Origin: an uncultured delta proteobacterium
Lineage (GTDB): Bacteria; Desulfobacterota; Binatia; DP-6
NCBI GenBank assembly: GCA_963815115.1
Contig: CAWFFN010000005.1
Span: 896,001 to 960,000, forward strand
Direction: 5' to 3'
DNA: 64,000 bases
The notes under the pieces are model-generated. The model made no database searches, was not told the DNA's origin, and saw only the letters and a program-made list of their open reading frames with translations. A program made the position numbers and the translations under genes. Shown here piece by piece: positions 31,731 through 41,516 of the stretch (within the stretch, counting starts at the first letter, position 1; each line of letters starts with the position of its first letter).

Positions 31731-32528
31731 CTACTCGGGATCGACGAAGCGCGCCGGCCGCTTCTCGAGGTTCGACTGCACCGCCTCGAGCTGGTTGGGC
31801 GAGCCGATCAGCGAGCGCTGGATCGCCTCCTCGAGCCGGAAGCCCTCCTCGCGGCTGGCCGCCACGGTGGTGTTGAGGAGGCGCTTCGCGGCGCGCACCG
31901 CGCTCGGCGACTTGCCGGCGATCTCCCGTGCCATCGCCAGCGCCGCCTCGCGCGGCGACTCCTCGACGCGCGTCGCGAGGCCGAGCGCGACCGCCTCCTC
32001 GCCCGACACCACGCGGCCGGTGAACGTCAGCTCCTTGGCGACGTCGAGCCGCACGAGATGGCGCAGCGTCTGGGTGCCGCTCATGTCGGGGATGAGACCC
32101 CAGCGCACCTCCATCACCGACAGCCGGGCGTCCGGCGCGACCAGGCGCAGGTCGGCGGCGAGCGCGATCTGCAGTCCGCCCCCGAACGCCACGCCGTGCA
32201 CGGCCGCGATCACCGGCACCGGCACCTCCGCCCACACCCAGGCGGCGCGCTGCGCGAAGTTGACGGCGTCGCCGGTCTCGCGCTCGGCGAGGCGCTGGCC
32301 GCCGCCGCCGTCGAGACCCATGAAGCTCGCGAAATCGAGCCCTGCCGAGAAGCCGCGGCCCTCTCCCGACAGCACCACCGCACGCAGGGACGGATCGCCC
32401 GCCAGCCGCCGGCCGGTAGCGACCAGCGCCTCGAACATCGCCGGATCGAGGGCGTTCAGCTTGTCGGGGCGGTTCAGCCGGACGTCGGCGACGCCGCCGC
32501 TCGTCTCCACGTGCATGCGCTCGGACAT
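31731..32528 (-). CDS. Enoyl-CoA hydratase/isomerase family protein
   Basis: LNRPDKLNAL, FSAGLD, AFGGGLQIALAAD, MEVRWGLIPD. Confidence 0.9.
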   Translation of the reverse strand: MSERMHVETSGGVADVRLNRPDKLNALDPAMFEALVATGRRLAGDPSLRAVVLSGEGRGFSAGLDFASFMGLDGGGGQRLAERETGDAVNFAQRAAWVWAEVPVPVIAAVHGVAFGGGLQIALAADLRLVAPDARLSVMEVRWGLIPDMSGTQTLRHLVRLDVAKELTFTGRVVSGEEAVALGLATRVEESPREAALAMAREIAGKSPSAVRAAKRLLNTTVAASREEGFRLEEAIQRSLIGSPNQLEAVQSNLEKRPARFVDPE

Positions 32529-32609
32529 GCCCGGTGTATCGAGCCTGGGGCGCGCCGGGTCAAGCCGCGGTCCGGGACCGGCAGCGGCGCTACGCGTCGA
32601 TGCGATCGC

Positions 32610-33260
32610 TCAGGCCAGCGAGGCGCGGCGCGCGCGCACCCACTCCACCACCAGCGGCAGGATCGAGATCACGACGATCGCCAGGATGACGGCCTCGAAG
32701 TTCTGCTGCACGATCGGCATGCGTCCGAAGAAGTAGCCCGCGAGGGTGAGGCCGAACACCCACACGCATCCTCCGGTCACGTTCCACATCGCGAAGCGCG
32801 GGTACGACATCTCGCCGATGCCGGCGATGAAGGGCGCGAACGTCCGCACGATGGGCACGAAGCGCGCGAGGAAGATCGTCTTGCCCCCGTGGCGGGCGTA
32901 GAACTCGTGGGTGCGCCGGACGTGCTGCGGATTGAGCAGGCGCGAGCGCGGGCTGGAGAACACCTTCGGCCCCAGGTAGTGGCCGATGGCGTAGTTGGCC
33001 GCGTCGCCGAGCACGGCGGCGGAGACCATGACGAGCAGCAGGAGCGGGAGCGAGAGCGGCGATCCGTCGATCGAGGCGAGCGCTCCCACCGCGAAGAGCA
33101 GCGAGTCGCCGGGCAGGAAGGGCGTGACGACGAGCCCGGTCTCGCAGAAGAGCACCACGAAGAGCACGACGTAGAGCCAGGGACCGAGCGTGCCGGCCCA
33201 CACGTTCAGGTGCCGGTCGAGGTGCAGCAGGACGTCGATGATGGTGCCGATCAAGTCCAC
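32610..33260 (-). CDS. dedA: DedA family membrane protein
   Basis: FCETGLVVTPFLPGDSLLF, ARFVPIVRTFAPF. Confidence 0.92.
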   Translation of the reverse strand: MDLIGTIIDVLLHLDRHLNVWAGTLGPWLYVVLFVVLFCETGLVVTPFLPGDSLLFAVGALASIDGSPLSLPLLLLVMVSAAVLGDAANYAIGHYLGPKVFSSPRSRLLNPQHVRRTHEFYARHGGKTIFLARFVPIVRTFAPFIAGIGEMSYPRFAMWNVTGGCVWVFGLTLAGYFFGRMPIVQQNFEAVILAIVVISILPLVVEWVRARRASLA

Positions 33261-33294
33261 GACGGGTCCACGAGGGCTCCGGGCGGCGGCGCTC

Positions 33295-34041
33295 TCAGGC
33301 GCCGCGCTGGAAGCGGAGCGGCACCCCGTGGCACCGTTCCGGGTCGAGGTGAAAGCCGCCGCCCGTCGCCGTCGGCGCGAAGGCCGCCAGGGCGGGACGC
33401 GCGGCGCCGAGATCGGTCACGTCGAGCACCAGGCCCGTGAGCCCCTCGCCGTCGGCGTCGTCGGCGACGAAGCGGAGCCGCACCCCGCCTGCCGCCACCG
33501 CGTCCGTGCCGAGCCGCTCGAGAGCGAGCTTGCCGGCGAACAGCTCCGCGGCGCCTGCCACGTCGCGGCTGCGGGCGGTGACCTCGGCCAGGGCGAGCCC
33601 GGCCAGCGGACCGCTGCCCGCGGGAGCGTGATGCGACTCGCCGGGCGGCGGCGTGGCGAACTCGACCAGCACGCCGCGCGTACCCTTCGGATGGAGGAAG
33701 CAGATGGTCCCGGCGAGACCGGCGCGCGGCGTCTCGTCGATGAGCGGAAAGCCGGCCGCGCGCGCGCCGGCGAGCTCGGCGCCGACGTCCGGGGTCTCGA
33801 AGCACACGTGGTGCAGGCCCTCGCCGCGCTTCTCGAGAAACCTGGCGACACCTCCCTTGGCGTCGACCGGCTCGAGGAGCTCGATCTCGCTGCGCCCGAT
33901 CGGAAGCAACGCCGCCTTGACGCCCTGGTCGAGCACCGTGGCCTGCTTCGAGACGCGCAGCCCCAGCCCGTCGCGCCAGAACGCCAGACCATCCTCGAGG
34001 CGCTGCACCACGAGGCCGACGTGATGCACGCGGGTCAGCAT
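33295..34041 (-). CDS. mce: Methylmalonyl/ethylmalonyl-CoA epimerase with extra C-terminal VOC-like region
   Basis: VHHVGLVV, EIELLEP, RGEGLHHVCF, FLHPKGTRGVLVE. Confidence 0.82.
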   Translation of the reverse strand: MLTRVHHVGLVVQRLEDGLAFWRDGLGLRVSKQATVLDQGVKAALLPIGRSEIELLEPVDAKGGVARFLEKRGEGLHHVCFETPDVGAELAGARAAGFPLIDETPRAGLAGTICFLHPKGTRGVLVEFATPPPGESHHAPAGSGPLAGLALAEVTARSRDVAGAAELFAGKLALERLGTDAVAAGGVRLRFVADDADGEGLTGLVLDVTDLGAARPALAAFAPTATGGGFHLDPERCHGVPLRFQRGA

Positions 34042-34107
34042 GGGAGGGGCGTCTCTACCAGGCGCTTCCGGGGCCTGCAAGGCGACATGGGCCTCCGCGC
34101 GGATGCC

Positions 34108-35145
34108 CTAGAACGTGAAGCTGCCGAAGCCGACCGTGATGCCGGCGGAGCCGACCACGAGCAGCACGCGGGCGCCCCGTTCGAGTCGCCCGGCGTCGCG
34201 CGCGACGCTCAGGCCCAGCGGAAGCGCAGCCGAGACGGTGTTGCCGTACTCGCGATGGGTGGGGAAGAACCGGTCCTCCATGCCGAGGCGACGGGCCACC
34301 AGCGTGCAGGCCGGCTCGCTCGGATTGTGACCGAAGCCGATGTCGGCTACCCGCGCCCGGAGCTCCGGCAGCGATTCCCACACCTCGCCCACGCGGCGTA
34401 TGCCCGCTGCCACCAGCGGGCGGGAGAGCGAGAAGAGACGGTCCGGCACGCAGCGGACGTCCGGGACGCCGGGATGGAAGTCCGCCAGCCCGCGGAGCGG
34501 AAGCACGCACAGCTCGAAGAACTCCGGAAAGGTGCGGAACGCGAACAGCCAGTCGTCGTGGCCCCGATCCGCCACCAGGACGGTTGCCGTCGCCGCCTCG
34601 CCGATGGTGAAGGAGGCGAGGCGGTGCTCGAGCGCGCCCGCGTCGTCGAAGCGGAAGTCGGCCCAGGCGCGGTAGAGTCCGCACTCGCACCCGACGATCA
34701 GGGCGCACCGATATGCCCCGGTCGTGAGAAAGCCGTGCGCGACGTGCACGGCGCGCAGCCAGCTCGCACAGGCGTCGAGGACGTCGAAGCTGGTCGCCTG
34801 CGTCAGCCCCAGCTCGCCCTGGAGCGCGGTCGCCATGGCCGGCTCGAGCCAGCCGCGGCCGACGGCCGCGTAGATGACGAGATCGACGTCGGCGGCCGCG
34901 ACGCCCGCCTGCTCGAGCGCCTGGCGGCTGGCGCGCAGGCCGACGTCGACCGCCTTCTCGCCGTCGGCGAGCACGTGACGCACCTCCGTCCCGGCGGCGG
35001 CGCAGAAGGCCTCGACCGCTCCGGTGACCGCCGCGAGCGAAGCTGCGTCGAGCCGGTCGCGGCTGTGGCTGCGGATGAGGTCGAGGACGTCGGCGTTGGT
35101 GAGGCGGCGGCGCGGCAGCGCGTGCGAGATGGCGGCGATTCGCAT
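34108..35145 (-). CDS. Stand-alone KAS III-type ketosynthase, PpyS/PyrS (alpha-pyrone synthase)-like
   Basis: GRGWLEPA (Glu), FDVLDACASW (Cys), FTIGEAATAT, FGH (His), YGNTVSA (Asn), VGSAG C-terminus. Confidence 0.8.
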   Translation of the reverse strand: MRIAAISHALPRRRLTNADVLDLIRSHSRDRLDAASLAAVTGAVEAFCAAAGTEVRHVLADGEKAVDVGLRASRQALEQAGVAAADVDLVIYAAVGRGWLEPAMATALQGELGLTQATSFDVLDACASWLRAVHVAHGFLTTGAYRCALIVGCECGLYRAWADFRFDDAGALEHRLASFTIGEAATATVLVADRGHDDWLFAFRTFPEFFELCVLPLRGLADFHPGVPDVRCVPDRLFSLSRPLVAAGIRRVGEVWESLPELRARVADIGFGHNPSEPACTLVARRLGMEDRFFPTHREYGNTVSAALPLGLSVARDAGRLERGARVLLVVGSAGITVGFGSFTF

Positions 35146-35173
35146 GGCGGGATCTGCGTGCCGCGGACGCCCG

Positions 35174-37753
35174 CTATTCCGCCTGGATGCCGGTCAGGAT
35201 CGGCTGTCGCGTGGCGTGTCGCGCGGCGCCCCAGCCGGCCAGGATGGTGGCGACCAGGACGAGGGCCACGAAGCGGGCGGTGGTGGCGAACGCGAAATGG
35301 AAGTCGAGGTAGTAGCCCAGGAGATAGCGATAGTTGACGTCGAGCCAGATCCAGGTGGTCACGACCCCGAAGAACAGACCGAGCACCGACCCGAGAATCC
35401 CGATGGCAGCCGACTCGATCACCACGGAACGCCGCACCGTGCGCTCGTCGGCGCCGATGACGCGCCAGAGCGCGAGCTCGCGACGGCGCTCCCATAGATC
35501 GGCCAGCAGCAGGTCGAAGATGCCGGCGAGGGTGACGATGACGATCAGCAGCTCGATGGCGACGGTGAAGGCGTACGCCTCGTCGATCTTGCGCGCCAGA
35601 TAGTCGACGCCCTCCTCCAGGGACTGGACCTTCAGCCGATAGCGGTTGCTGAACGTCTCCAGGATGAGACGGCGGACGGCGTCCCGCGACGCACCCGGCT
35701 CGAGGAAGACGAGGATGCGATTCACCGTGGGCTCCCGCCAGTGGGTGACGAAGACGGATCGGCTGAGGATCACCGTGCCCCGGTTCGAGACGTAGTCCGG
35801 TACGATCCCGACCACCGGCAGGGTGAGGACCCCGCTCGGCGTGTCGAGGTCGACCGGATCGCCGAGCCGCTTGCCGAAGCGATCGGCGAAGCTCTCCGAC
35901 ACGTTGATGCCTCGCCCCTCTCGCACCGCGCGGGCGGCGCTGTCGGGGTCGCCGGCGCGATACCACGACCTCGGGTAGCGCGACGGCTCGAGCAGCCCGT
36001 CGCTCAGCGCCGCGAGCGCGACACGCTGGCCCTGGTACATCATGCCGGGAACGATGCGCAGCATGTCCGTCGCCCGGACGCCGGGCAGCGCTCGCAGATC
36101 CACCGCCAGCGTCGCCGGGATCGGGCTCTCCAGCCATCCGCCCTCGGTGGCGACCGCGCTCACCGCGAGGTCGCTCGCGAGGAAGCCGTTGACGAAGTAG
36201 CCCTTCACGGACGTCCGGTGGCTCAGGGACAGCGAGGCGACGGTGATCGCGACGGCGAGCACGAGCGCGATGGCGGCGACGGTGACCCCGGTGCGGGTCG
36301 GCGCACGCAGCAGGCTCTCCGCCGCCACGCGTCCCTCGGGTCCGAACAGCCGTGCCAGCCACCGCCCGAGGAGCCGCGCCGACACGTGCACCAGCGGCAC
36401 GGCGATGACGATCGCCGACGCCAGCCAGAGGGTCGAGCCGATGTTCCCCCACAGGCTCGACTTGAGCCGCACCTCGAGGGCGAGTGCCGCCACCACGACC
36501 GCGCTGGTGGCCAGCCACAGCACGACCAGCAGACCGACGCGCGTGTGCGGCCCCAGGCTGCGCGGGTCCGCCCGCAGCACCTCGAGCGGCTCGCGCGACG
36601 TGACGCGCCGGGCGGCGAAGTACGATGCGAAGAGCGATGCGCCGATGCCGGCGGCGGCGAGCGGCAGCAGCGTTCGCGCCTCGACGACGAGACGGTCGAC
36701 GGGGAAGCGGAGCTGGAAGATCACCCCCATCGACGCCGACACCATGCCGAGCAGCAGATGAGCGAGCCCGATGCCCAGCGGAAGCCCGACCAGGACGCCG
36801 AGCACGCCCAGCGCCAGGGCCTCGAGGAGCAGCAGGCGCAGGAGCTGTCCCGGATCGGCGCCGCTCAGCCGCAACGAGGCCAGCACGAACGCGCGGTGCG
36901 CCGCGCCGGTCGAGGTCGTGTTGTAGACGATGTAGATGCCCGCGAGGAGGCAGAGGAGGCTCAGGCCGGTGAGCATCGCCTGGAACGACGCCAGGATGCC
37001 CTCGTAGAGCGTGCCGCGCTGGAGCGGTGGCGCGATGCTCAGGGTCGGCGGGAGGGTCGCCCCGAGGCGGCGCTGTACCACCTCCGGCGCGGCGTTACCC
37101 CGGAGTACCAGGTCGATCTGGTCGACGAGGTGGTCCTTGCCGAGAGCCATCTGCGCGGCGGGCAGGTCCATCACCGCCAGCGCGCCGCCGAACGCCCGCG
37201 CCATGCCCTGTGGCTCGAGCAGGCCGCGTACGGTGAACGTCGCCATCCCCTCCCTCGTCGAGAGGCGGAGCGGGTCGCCCACCCCGAGTCCGCGGCTGGC
37301 GGCGAAGCTGGTGGTGAGCGCGATCGAGCGCGGATCGGCGAGCCACGCCAGGGTGTCGGAGCCGCCATCGGTGAGGCCGATGTGGTAGCGCGCGAGCGTG
37401 TCCTCCTGGGTCAGGTCGACGCCGAACAGCTCGAGCGTTTCGCCGGGATCGTCCGCCACCGCGAGCGAGCCGCGCACGAGTCCGAGCGCCACCTCGACGC
37501 CGGGATCGGCGCGCGCGGTGTCCACCGTGGCTTCCGGGAACCCGACCTCGCCCGTCCCGAGCGTGATCTCGAGCTGCGCGGGGCCGGCGATCAGCTCGAG
37601 CGTGCGCCGGAAATCGTCCAGCACGCTGCGGTTGATGATCGCGATCGCGACCATCAGGGCGGTCCCGGTGGCGATGCCGCCGATCACCAGCGCCGTCCGG
37701 GCGCCGTTGCTGCGCAGCTGATGCAGGCTCACCTGGCGGAAGAGCCGCAGCAC
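35174..37753 (-). CDS. ABC transporter permease (duplicated FtsX/MacB-type)
   Basis: Two repeats of TM, large periplasmic domain and 3 TMs; ERRRELALWRVIGA motif. Confidence 0.88.
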   Translation of the reverse strand: MLRLFRQVSLHQLRSNGARTALVIGGIATGTALMVAIAIINRSVLDDFRRTLELIAGPAQLEITLGTGEVGFPEATVDTARADPGVEVALGLVRGSLAVADDPGETLELFGVDLTQEDTLARYHIGLTDGGSDTLAWLADPRSIALTTSFAASRGLGVGDPLRLSTREGMATFTVRGLLEPQGMARAFGGALAVMDLPAAQMALGKDHLVDQIDLVLRGNAAPEVVQRRLGATLPPTLSIAPPLQRGTLYEGILASFQAMLTGLSLLCLLAGIYIVYNTTSTGAAHRAFVLASLRLSGADPGQLLRLLLLEALALGVLGVLVGLPLGIGLAHLLLGMVSASMGVIFQLRFPVDRLVVEARTLLPLAAAGIGASLFASYFAARRVTSREPLEVLRADPRSLGPHTRVGLLVVLWLATSAVVVAALALEVRLKSSLWGNIGSTLWLASAIVIAVPLVHVSARLLGRWLARLFGPEGRVAAESLLRAPTRTGVTVAAIALVLAVAITVASLSLSHRTSVKGYFVNGFLASDLAVSAVATEGGWLESPIPATLAVDLRALPGVRATDMLRIVPGMMYQGQRVALAALSDGLLEPSRYPRSWYRAGDPDSAARAVREGRGINVSESFADRFGKRLGDPVDLDTPSGVLTLPVVGIVPDYVSNRGTVILSRSVFVTHWREPTVNRILVFLEPGASRDAVRRLILETFSNRYRLKVQSLEEGVDYLARKIDEAYAFTVAIELLIVIVTLAGIFDLLLADLWERRRELALWRVIGADERTVRRSVVIESAAIGILGSVLGLFFGVVTTWIWLDVNYRYLLGYYLDFHFAFATTARFVALVLVATILAGWGAARHATRQPILTGIQAE

Positions 37754-37759
37754 GAGATG

Positions 37760-38476
37760 CTAGCGCGCGAGGGCGCGCGCCGGGTCGCGCGGCATGTCGA
37801 CGAGCGCCATGTCCTGACGGAGGGCGCCGTCGACCAGACGCAGCACGCGGTGGGCGTACGCGGCGAACACCGGATCGTGCGTCACCAGCAGGACGGTCAC
37901 GCCGGTGGATTCGTTGATCTCGCCGATCAGATCCATGAGCTGCCGTCCCGCGACCCGGTCGAGGTTGCCCGTGGGCTCATCGGCCAGAATGATCGCCGGC
38001 CGGATGACGAGCGCGCGCGCGATGGCGAGGCGCTGCTGCTCGCCGCCGGAGAGGTGAGTGGGATGATGGCCCGCCCGGTGCTTCAGGCTCACCTGGGCGA
38101 GGGCCTCGTCGACGCGTTCGTCGACCTCCGCCTGGCGCACGCCGTCCAGCACCAGGGGCATGCCGACGTTCTCGCGGGCGCTGAGAAAGGGGAGGAGGTT
38201 GAAGGCCTGGAGCACGTAACCGATGCGGCGGCGCCGGAGAGCGGCCGATTCGGCGGCGCTCATTCCCGCGACGTCCGCGCCGTCCACGAGGACGCGGCCG
38301 TTCGTCGGGGGCGTCAAGCCGGCGATCAGGTGCAGCACCGTGCTCTTGCCCGACCCGCTCGGGCCGGTGAGCGCCCAGAACCCCGCGGGCGGGCACGCGA
38401 AGGAGAGATCGTCCACGGCGCGGACCGCGGTCTCGCCGCTGCCGAAGACCTTGGTGACCTGACGGAGCTCGATCAT
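37760..38476 (-). CDS. ABC transporter ATP-binding protein (LolD/MacB type)
   Basis: GPSGSGKST, LSGGEQQR, ILADEPTGNLD, VTHD. Confidence 0.93.
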   Translation of the reverse strand: MIELRQVTKVFGSGETAVRAVDDLSFACPPAGFWALTGPSGSGKSTVLHLIAGLTPPTNGRVLVDGADVAGMSAAESAALRRRRIGYVLQAFNLLPFLSARENVGMPLVLDGVRQAEVDERVDEALAQVSLKHRAGHHPTHLSGGEQQRLAIARALVIRPAIILADEPTGNLDRVAGRQLMDLIGEINESTGVTVLLVTHDPVFAAYAHRVLRLVDGALRQDMALVDMPRDPARALAR

Positions 38477-39029
38477 GTCCCGGTAGCGAAGCGCTCCCGC
38501 AGCTTCTGCGTGACCTCGTCGAGCCAGGCGAGCTCGGCCCGGACGCTGAGCTCGGCGCCGTCGATGAGGAGCTGCGTGACGAAGGAGTCCACCGGAGAGC
38601 GGGCGAGTCGGCGCCGGTGCACTCCGAGCAGGCTGAGCTGGCGCATGTAGGCTTCGCGCTGGTGATCGATCAGGCGGAGCAGCTCCGGCATGCGGGCCGG
38701 TCCGGCGAAGAGCAGCTTCACCGCGAGCTCCTGGCGGAGCGGCCGGGGCGCGTCGGTGGGGGGAGCAGGATGAAGTCGTCGAGGCTGCGGCGGCCCTTCT
38801 CCGTGATCCGGTAGAGCTTGCGGCTCGACTCCGGACCGGCCAGGACGTGCTCGATCAGCCCGTCGGCGGCGAGGCGGTCGAGCACCCGGTAGACCTCGCC
38901 GAAGTTGAGCTGCCAGAAGTTGCCCAGCAGCCGCTCGCAGTGCCGCTTGAGCGCGTAGCCGTGGACCCCGTCGGGATGCTGGGAGACGACTCCCAGGAGC
39001 GCGTAGCGGATGCCGGTGCCCTGGCGCAT
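38473..39029 (-). CDS. PadR family regulator with frameshift in a 6-base homopolymer at 38758-38763
   Basis: IRYALLG, HGYALK, NFGEVYRVLDRL, RKLYRITEKGR, then in the next frame PLRQELAVKLLF..AELAWLD; one extra base restores the frame. Confidence 0.8.
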
Positions 39030-39070
39030 GGCTCCTTCCCGAGATCGGGCGGTGGCGAACGACACCACGC

Positions 39071-39096
39071 TGACACGCGCCCGGGCGGAGTGTCAA
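39071..39096 (-). promoter_or_regulatory. Inverted-repeat operator overlapping a TTGACA -35 upstream of padR
   Basis: TGACAC-G-CGCCCGGGCG-GA-GTGTCA; minus-strand TTGACA at 39091-39096. Confidence 0.5.
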
Positions 39097-39387
39097 GGGC
39101 GAGAAGGGCGCTGCACGCCAAAACCCTTCCGATCCGGAATACGCGACGGCCGTCGTCCCGGCCTCCGTGCCGGCGGCGGCGCGCGGGATGCCCGGCCCGC
39201 GTCCGGCAGCTCCGCCCGTCACCCCGATGTTCGATGCTGCGCATCGAGCCGGTGGGGAGATGCTCCGGTGCAGAGTAAAATGTGGGCCTGCTAAGCAAGC
39301 TAGCATTGACTCCACGGGGACCCTTCTGGCAGGCATGATGGTGAGAGGACCGCGCCCGAGCGCGGGCGCGGTCATCGGGAGGCAACG

Positions 39388-39750
39388 ATGGAGCAGCAAG
39401 CGCGACGTGCAGCCGGACAGGGCGAGCGCGGCGACGACTCGGGGGTCACCTGGCTCGCCCCGCTCCTGCCACCCCAGGTCCTCGGACGTCCGTATCGCTC
39501 GCCCGAGCAGCAGCTGATGGCTGCGGTGCTCGAGGATGCCATGCGAGAGCTGTCGCGGCCCGTGCAGGTGTGGATCGGCGCGGCGGGGCGACAGCGGGCC
39601 GAGGTCCAGACCTGGTTCGAGTCGGACGATGTGGCGTGGCCGTTCTCCTTCCTGAACGTCTGCGAGGCGCTCGATCTCGACCCCGCGCGCCTGCGCAGGC
39701 GGATCGCGCGGCTCGGGTCGGACGGCGGCCGCGTGCTGGCACTGCGATGA
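39388..39750 (+). CDS. Hypothetical small helical protein
   Basis: GGAGG RBS; PEQQLMAAVLEDA...WFESDDVAWPFSFLNVCEALDLDP; ATGA overlap with next gene. Confidence 0.75.
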   Translation: MEQQARRAAGQGERGDDSGVTWLAPLLPPQVLGRPYRSPEQQLMAAVLEDAMRELSRPVQVWIGAAGRQRAEVQTWFESDDVAWPFSFLNVCEALDLDPARLRRRIARLGSDGGRVLALR

Positions 39751-40463
39751 CACCGGAACCGATCCTGGACGAACGGGGCGCCCGGAGCTGGGGCCCGGCG
39801 CGTCAGACGCTGCGCGCCCTCCTCGCGCGGCAGGCCGACCTCGGTCTGTCCGCCTCGGCGGTCGAGGCGATGGTCTGTCGGGTGCACTTCCTGTGCTGTC
39901 GCGCGGGAGAGCAGATCGTCTCGGGTTCGGCACAGGCGGGCGCCGTCTGCCTCGTCGTCGGCGGGGTGGTGAGGATCGTCTGCGAGGGCTCGTCGTCGAA
40001 GCCGATCACGGTGCAGATGGTCGGCGCGGGCGGCATTCTCCAGCTCGACACCGCGACCTGCGAGTCGGGCTCCGACGTGGTCGCCATCGCGCACACGCCC
40101 GCGCTGGTGGCCTACCTGCCGAGCACGGCGTGGCGGGAGGTGGCCTGCCACCTGCGCGTGGAGGAGAGCCTGCGCCTGGCCGCTCGTGCCTGGCAGACGC
40201 TGTCCCGCCGGCTCTACGAGCGCTCGGCGCTGCTCGCCATGCCGGTCGCGGACCGGGTCCTGCACCAGCTGCGGGTGCTCGCCCGCGACTTCGGCCGGGC
40301 GCATCCGGCAGGCGTCTGCATCGACCTCCCGCTCAGCCATGCCGATCTCGCCGGCATGGTGGGCGCGGCACGCGCCAACGTGACCCGTGCCGTCGTCGGG
40401 CTGCGAGCGGCCGGCCGCCTGGTGCGGGCTCCGGGACGGTTCGTGCTCGCGGCGGGTGCCTGA
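39747..40463 (+). CDS. Crp/Fnr family transcriptional regulator
   Basis: cNMP-like beta domain (VCLVVGGVVRI), PVADRVL..LARDFG, LPLSHADLAGMVGAARANVTRAV HTH. Confidence 0.82.
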   Translation: MTPEPILDERGARSWGPARQTLRALLARQADLGLSASAVEAMVCRVHFLCCRAGEQIVSGSAQAGAVCLVVGGVVRIVCEGSSSKPITVQMVGAGGILQLDTATCESGSDVVAIAHTPALVAYLPSTAWREVACHLRVEESLRLAARAWQTLSRRLYERSALLAMPVADRVLHQLRVLARDFGRAHPAGVCIDLPLSHADLAGMVGAARANVTRAVVGLRAAGRLVRAPGRFVLAAGA

Positions 40464-40520
40464 AGCGACCAAGCTACCCAGCAAGCACGCATGCTGCCGC
40501 TCCGGCTTCGACGAGGCGTC

Positions 40521-40937
40521 TCAGCCGTCGATCAGCGTGAATCCGCGGGTCGTCTTCCCGATCCGGGCGCGGTAGGCGAGGAAGTCGCGCCGGTCGATCG
40601 TGAACACCCTGGTCGTCCGCAAAGCCTCCGCGGCGGCGACGAGCGACGCGTCGGCGAGGTCCATCGGGTGGTCCGCGTATCGATCCATCAGCTCGAAGGC
40701 TCTCGCGAGGGAGCGCTCGGCGAGGAACCACACCGTCATCCCCTCGGCCTCGACGAACGCACGCAGCGCACGGGCTCCTCGGCTACCGGGATGCAGCAGG
40801 TGCATCGCCTCGGTCAACACCGGCACCGTCGTGACGAGCCGAGCACGCAGGGTCTCGAGGATGCACCGTGCGCCCTCGTGGGCGTCGTCCTTGGGGTCGA
40901 ACAGGGCGACCAGCGGACCGGTGTCGACGAGGATCAC
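40521..40937 (-). CDS. vapC: PIN-domain toxin
   Basis: ILVDTGPLVALFD, VLTEA, MDLADASLV, VFTIDRRDF. Confidence 0.9.
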   Translation of the reverse strand: MILVDTGPLVALFDPKDDAHEGARCILETLRARLVTTVPVLTEAMHLLHPGSRGARALRAFVEAEGMTVWFLAERSLARAFELMDRYADHPMDLADASLVAAAEALRTTRVFTIDRRDFLAYRARIGKTTRGFTLIDG

Positions 40938-41194
40938 CGACGATGCTTCGAGCGCAGGATGGCTCGAAGTCCCTGCTTTGCACGCCGGGCAGGCACGCGC
41001 GCGGAGCCACCCGCCCCCAGGTCGATCGCGCGATAGATCTCGTAGGGAGCCGCACCGCGCTCGTCGAGCACCGCCCGACGTGCTGCCAGGAGGCCATGCT
41101 TCAGCACACCAGAGACGGAGAGGCCCGTGTGGCGGCGGACCTCCGCGAGGGCGTGTTCCGCTTCTTCGTCGAGCCGCACCGTCCTGGTCGCCAT
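40934..41194 (-). CDS. Antitoxin (RHH-like, VapB role)
   Basis: MATRTVRLDEEAE..LSVSGVLK; GTGA overlap with vapC. Confidence 0.8.
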   Translation of the reverse strand: MATRTVRLDEEAEHALAEVRRHTGLSVSGVLKHGLLAARRAVLDERGAAPYEIYRAIDLGAGGSARVPARRAKQGLRAILRSKHRR

Positions 41195-41213
41195 GTATGA
41201 CGTCTGTAATACA
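41194..41213. promoter_or_regulatory. Putative TA autoregulatory operator
   Basis: Imperfect palindrome TGTATGAC-GTCT-GTAATACA at the antitoxin start. Confidence 0.55.
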
Positions 41214-41516
41214 GGTGAGCGCGGGCCGCAAGCGGACCCGGGCGTTGGCGTTCGACGCGTCGGATGCTGTGGACAGGCGAGCAGGAAGAGCCTACTGCGC
41301 GCGTGGGCTTACAGGACGGCCGAAGTCAGACGTTCGCCAGCGGTTCGACTTCTGCCGGGGCCCCTGGACAGCCCGTCTTCAGGGGGGCAAACGCGCGAAC
41401 CTTGACGCCTCGATATCGGGCGCTCGCCGGTCGCCTCGCCCACCACTCTCGCTGGGGCTTGCGCCGATCGGCACAGCTGGCCGACTACCTGCGCGTCCGG
41501 TAGTGGTGGAACCGCC

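Noticed and set aside
41338-41365. tRNA 3' fragment / att site (GGTTCGACT)
   Set aside because: T-stem does not pair, no CCA, no second copy
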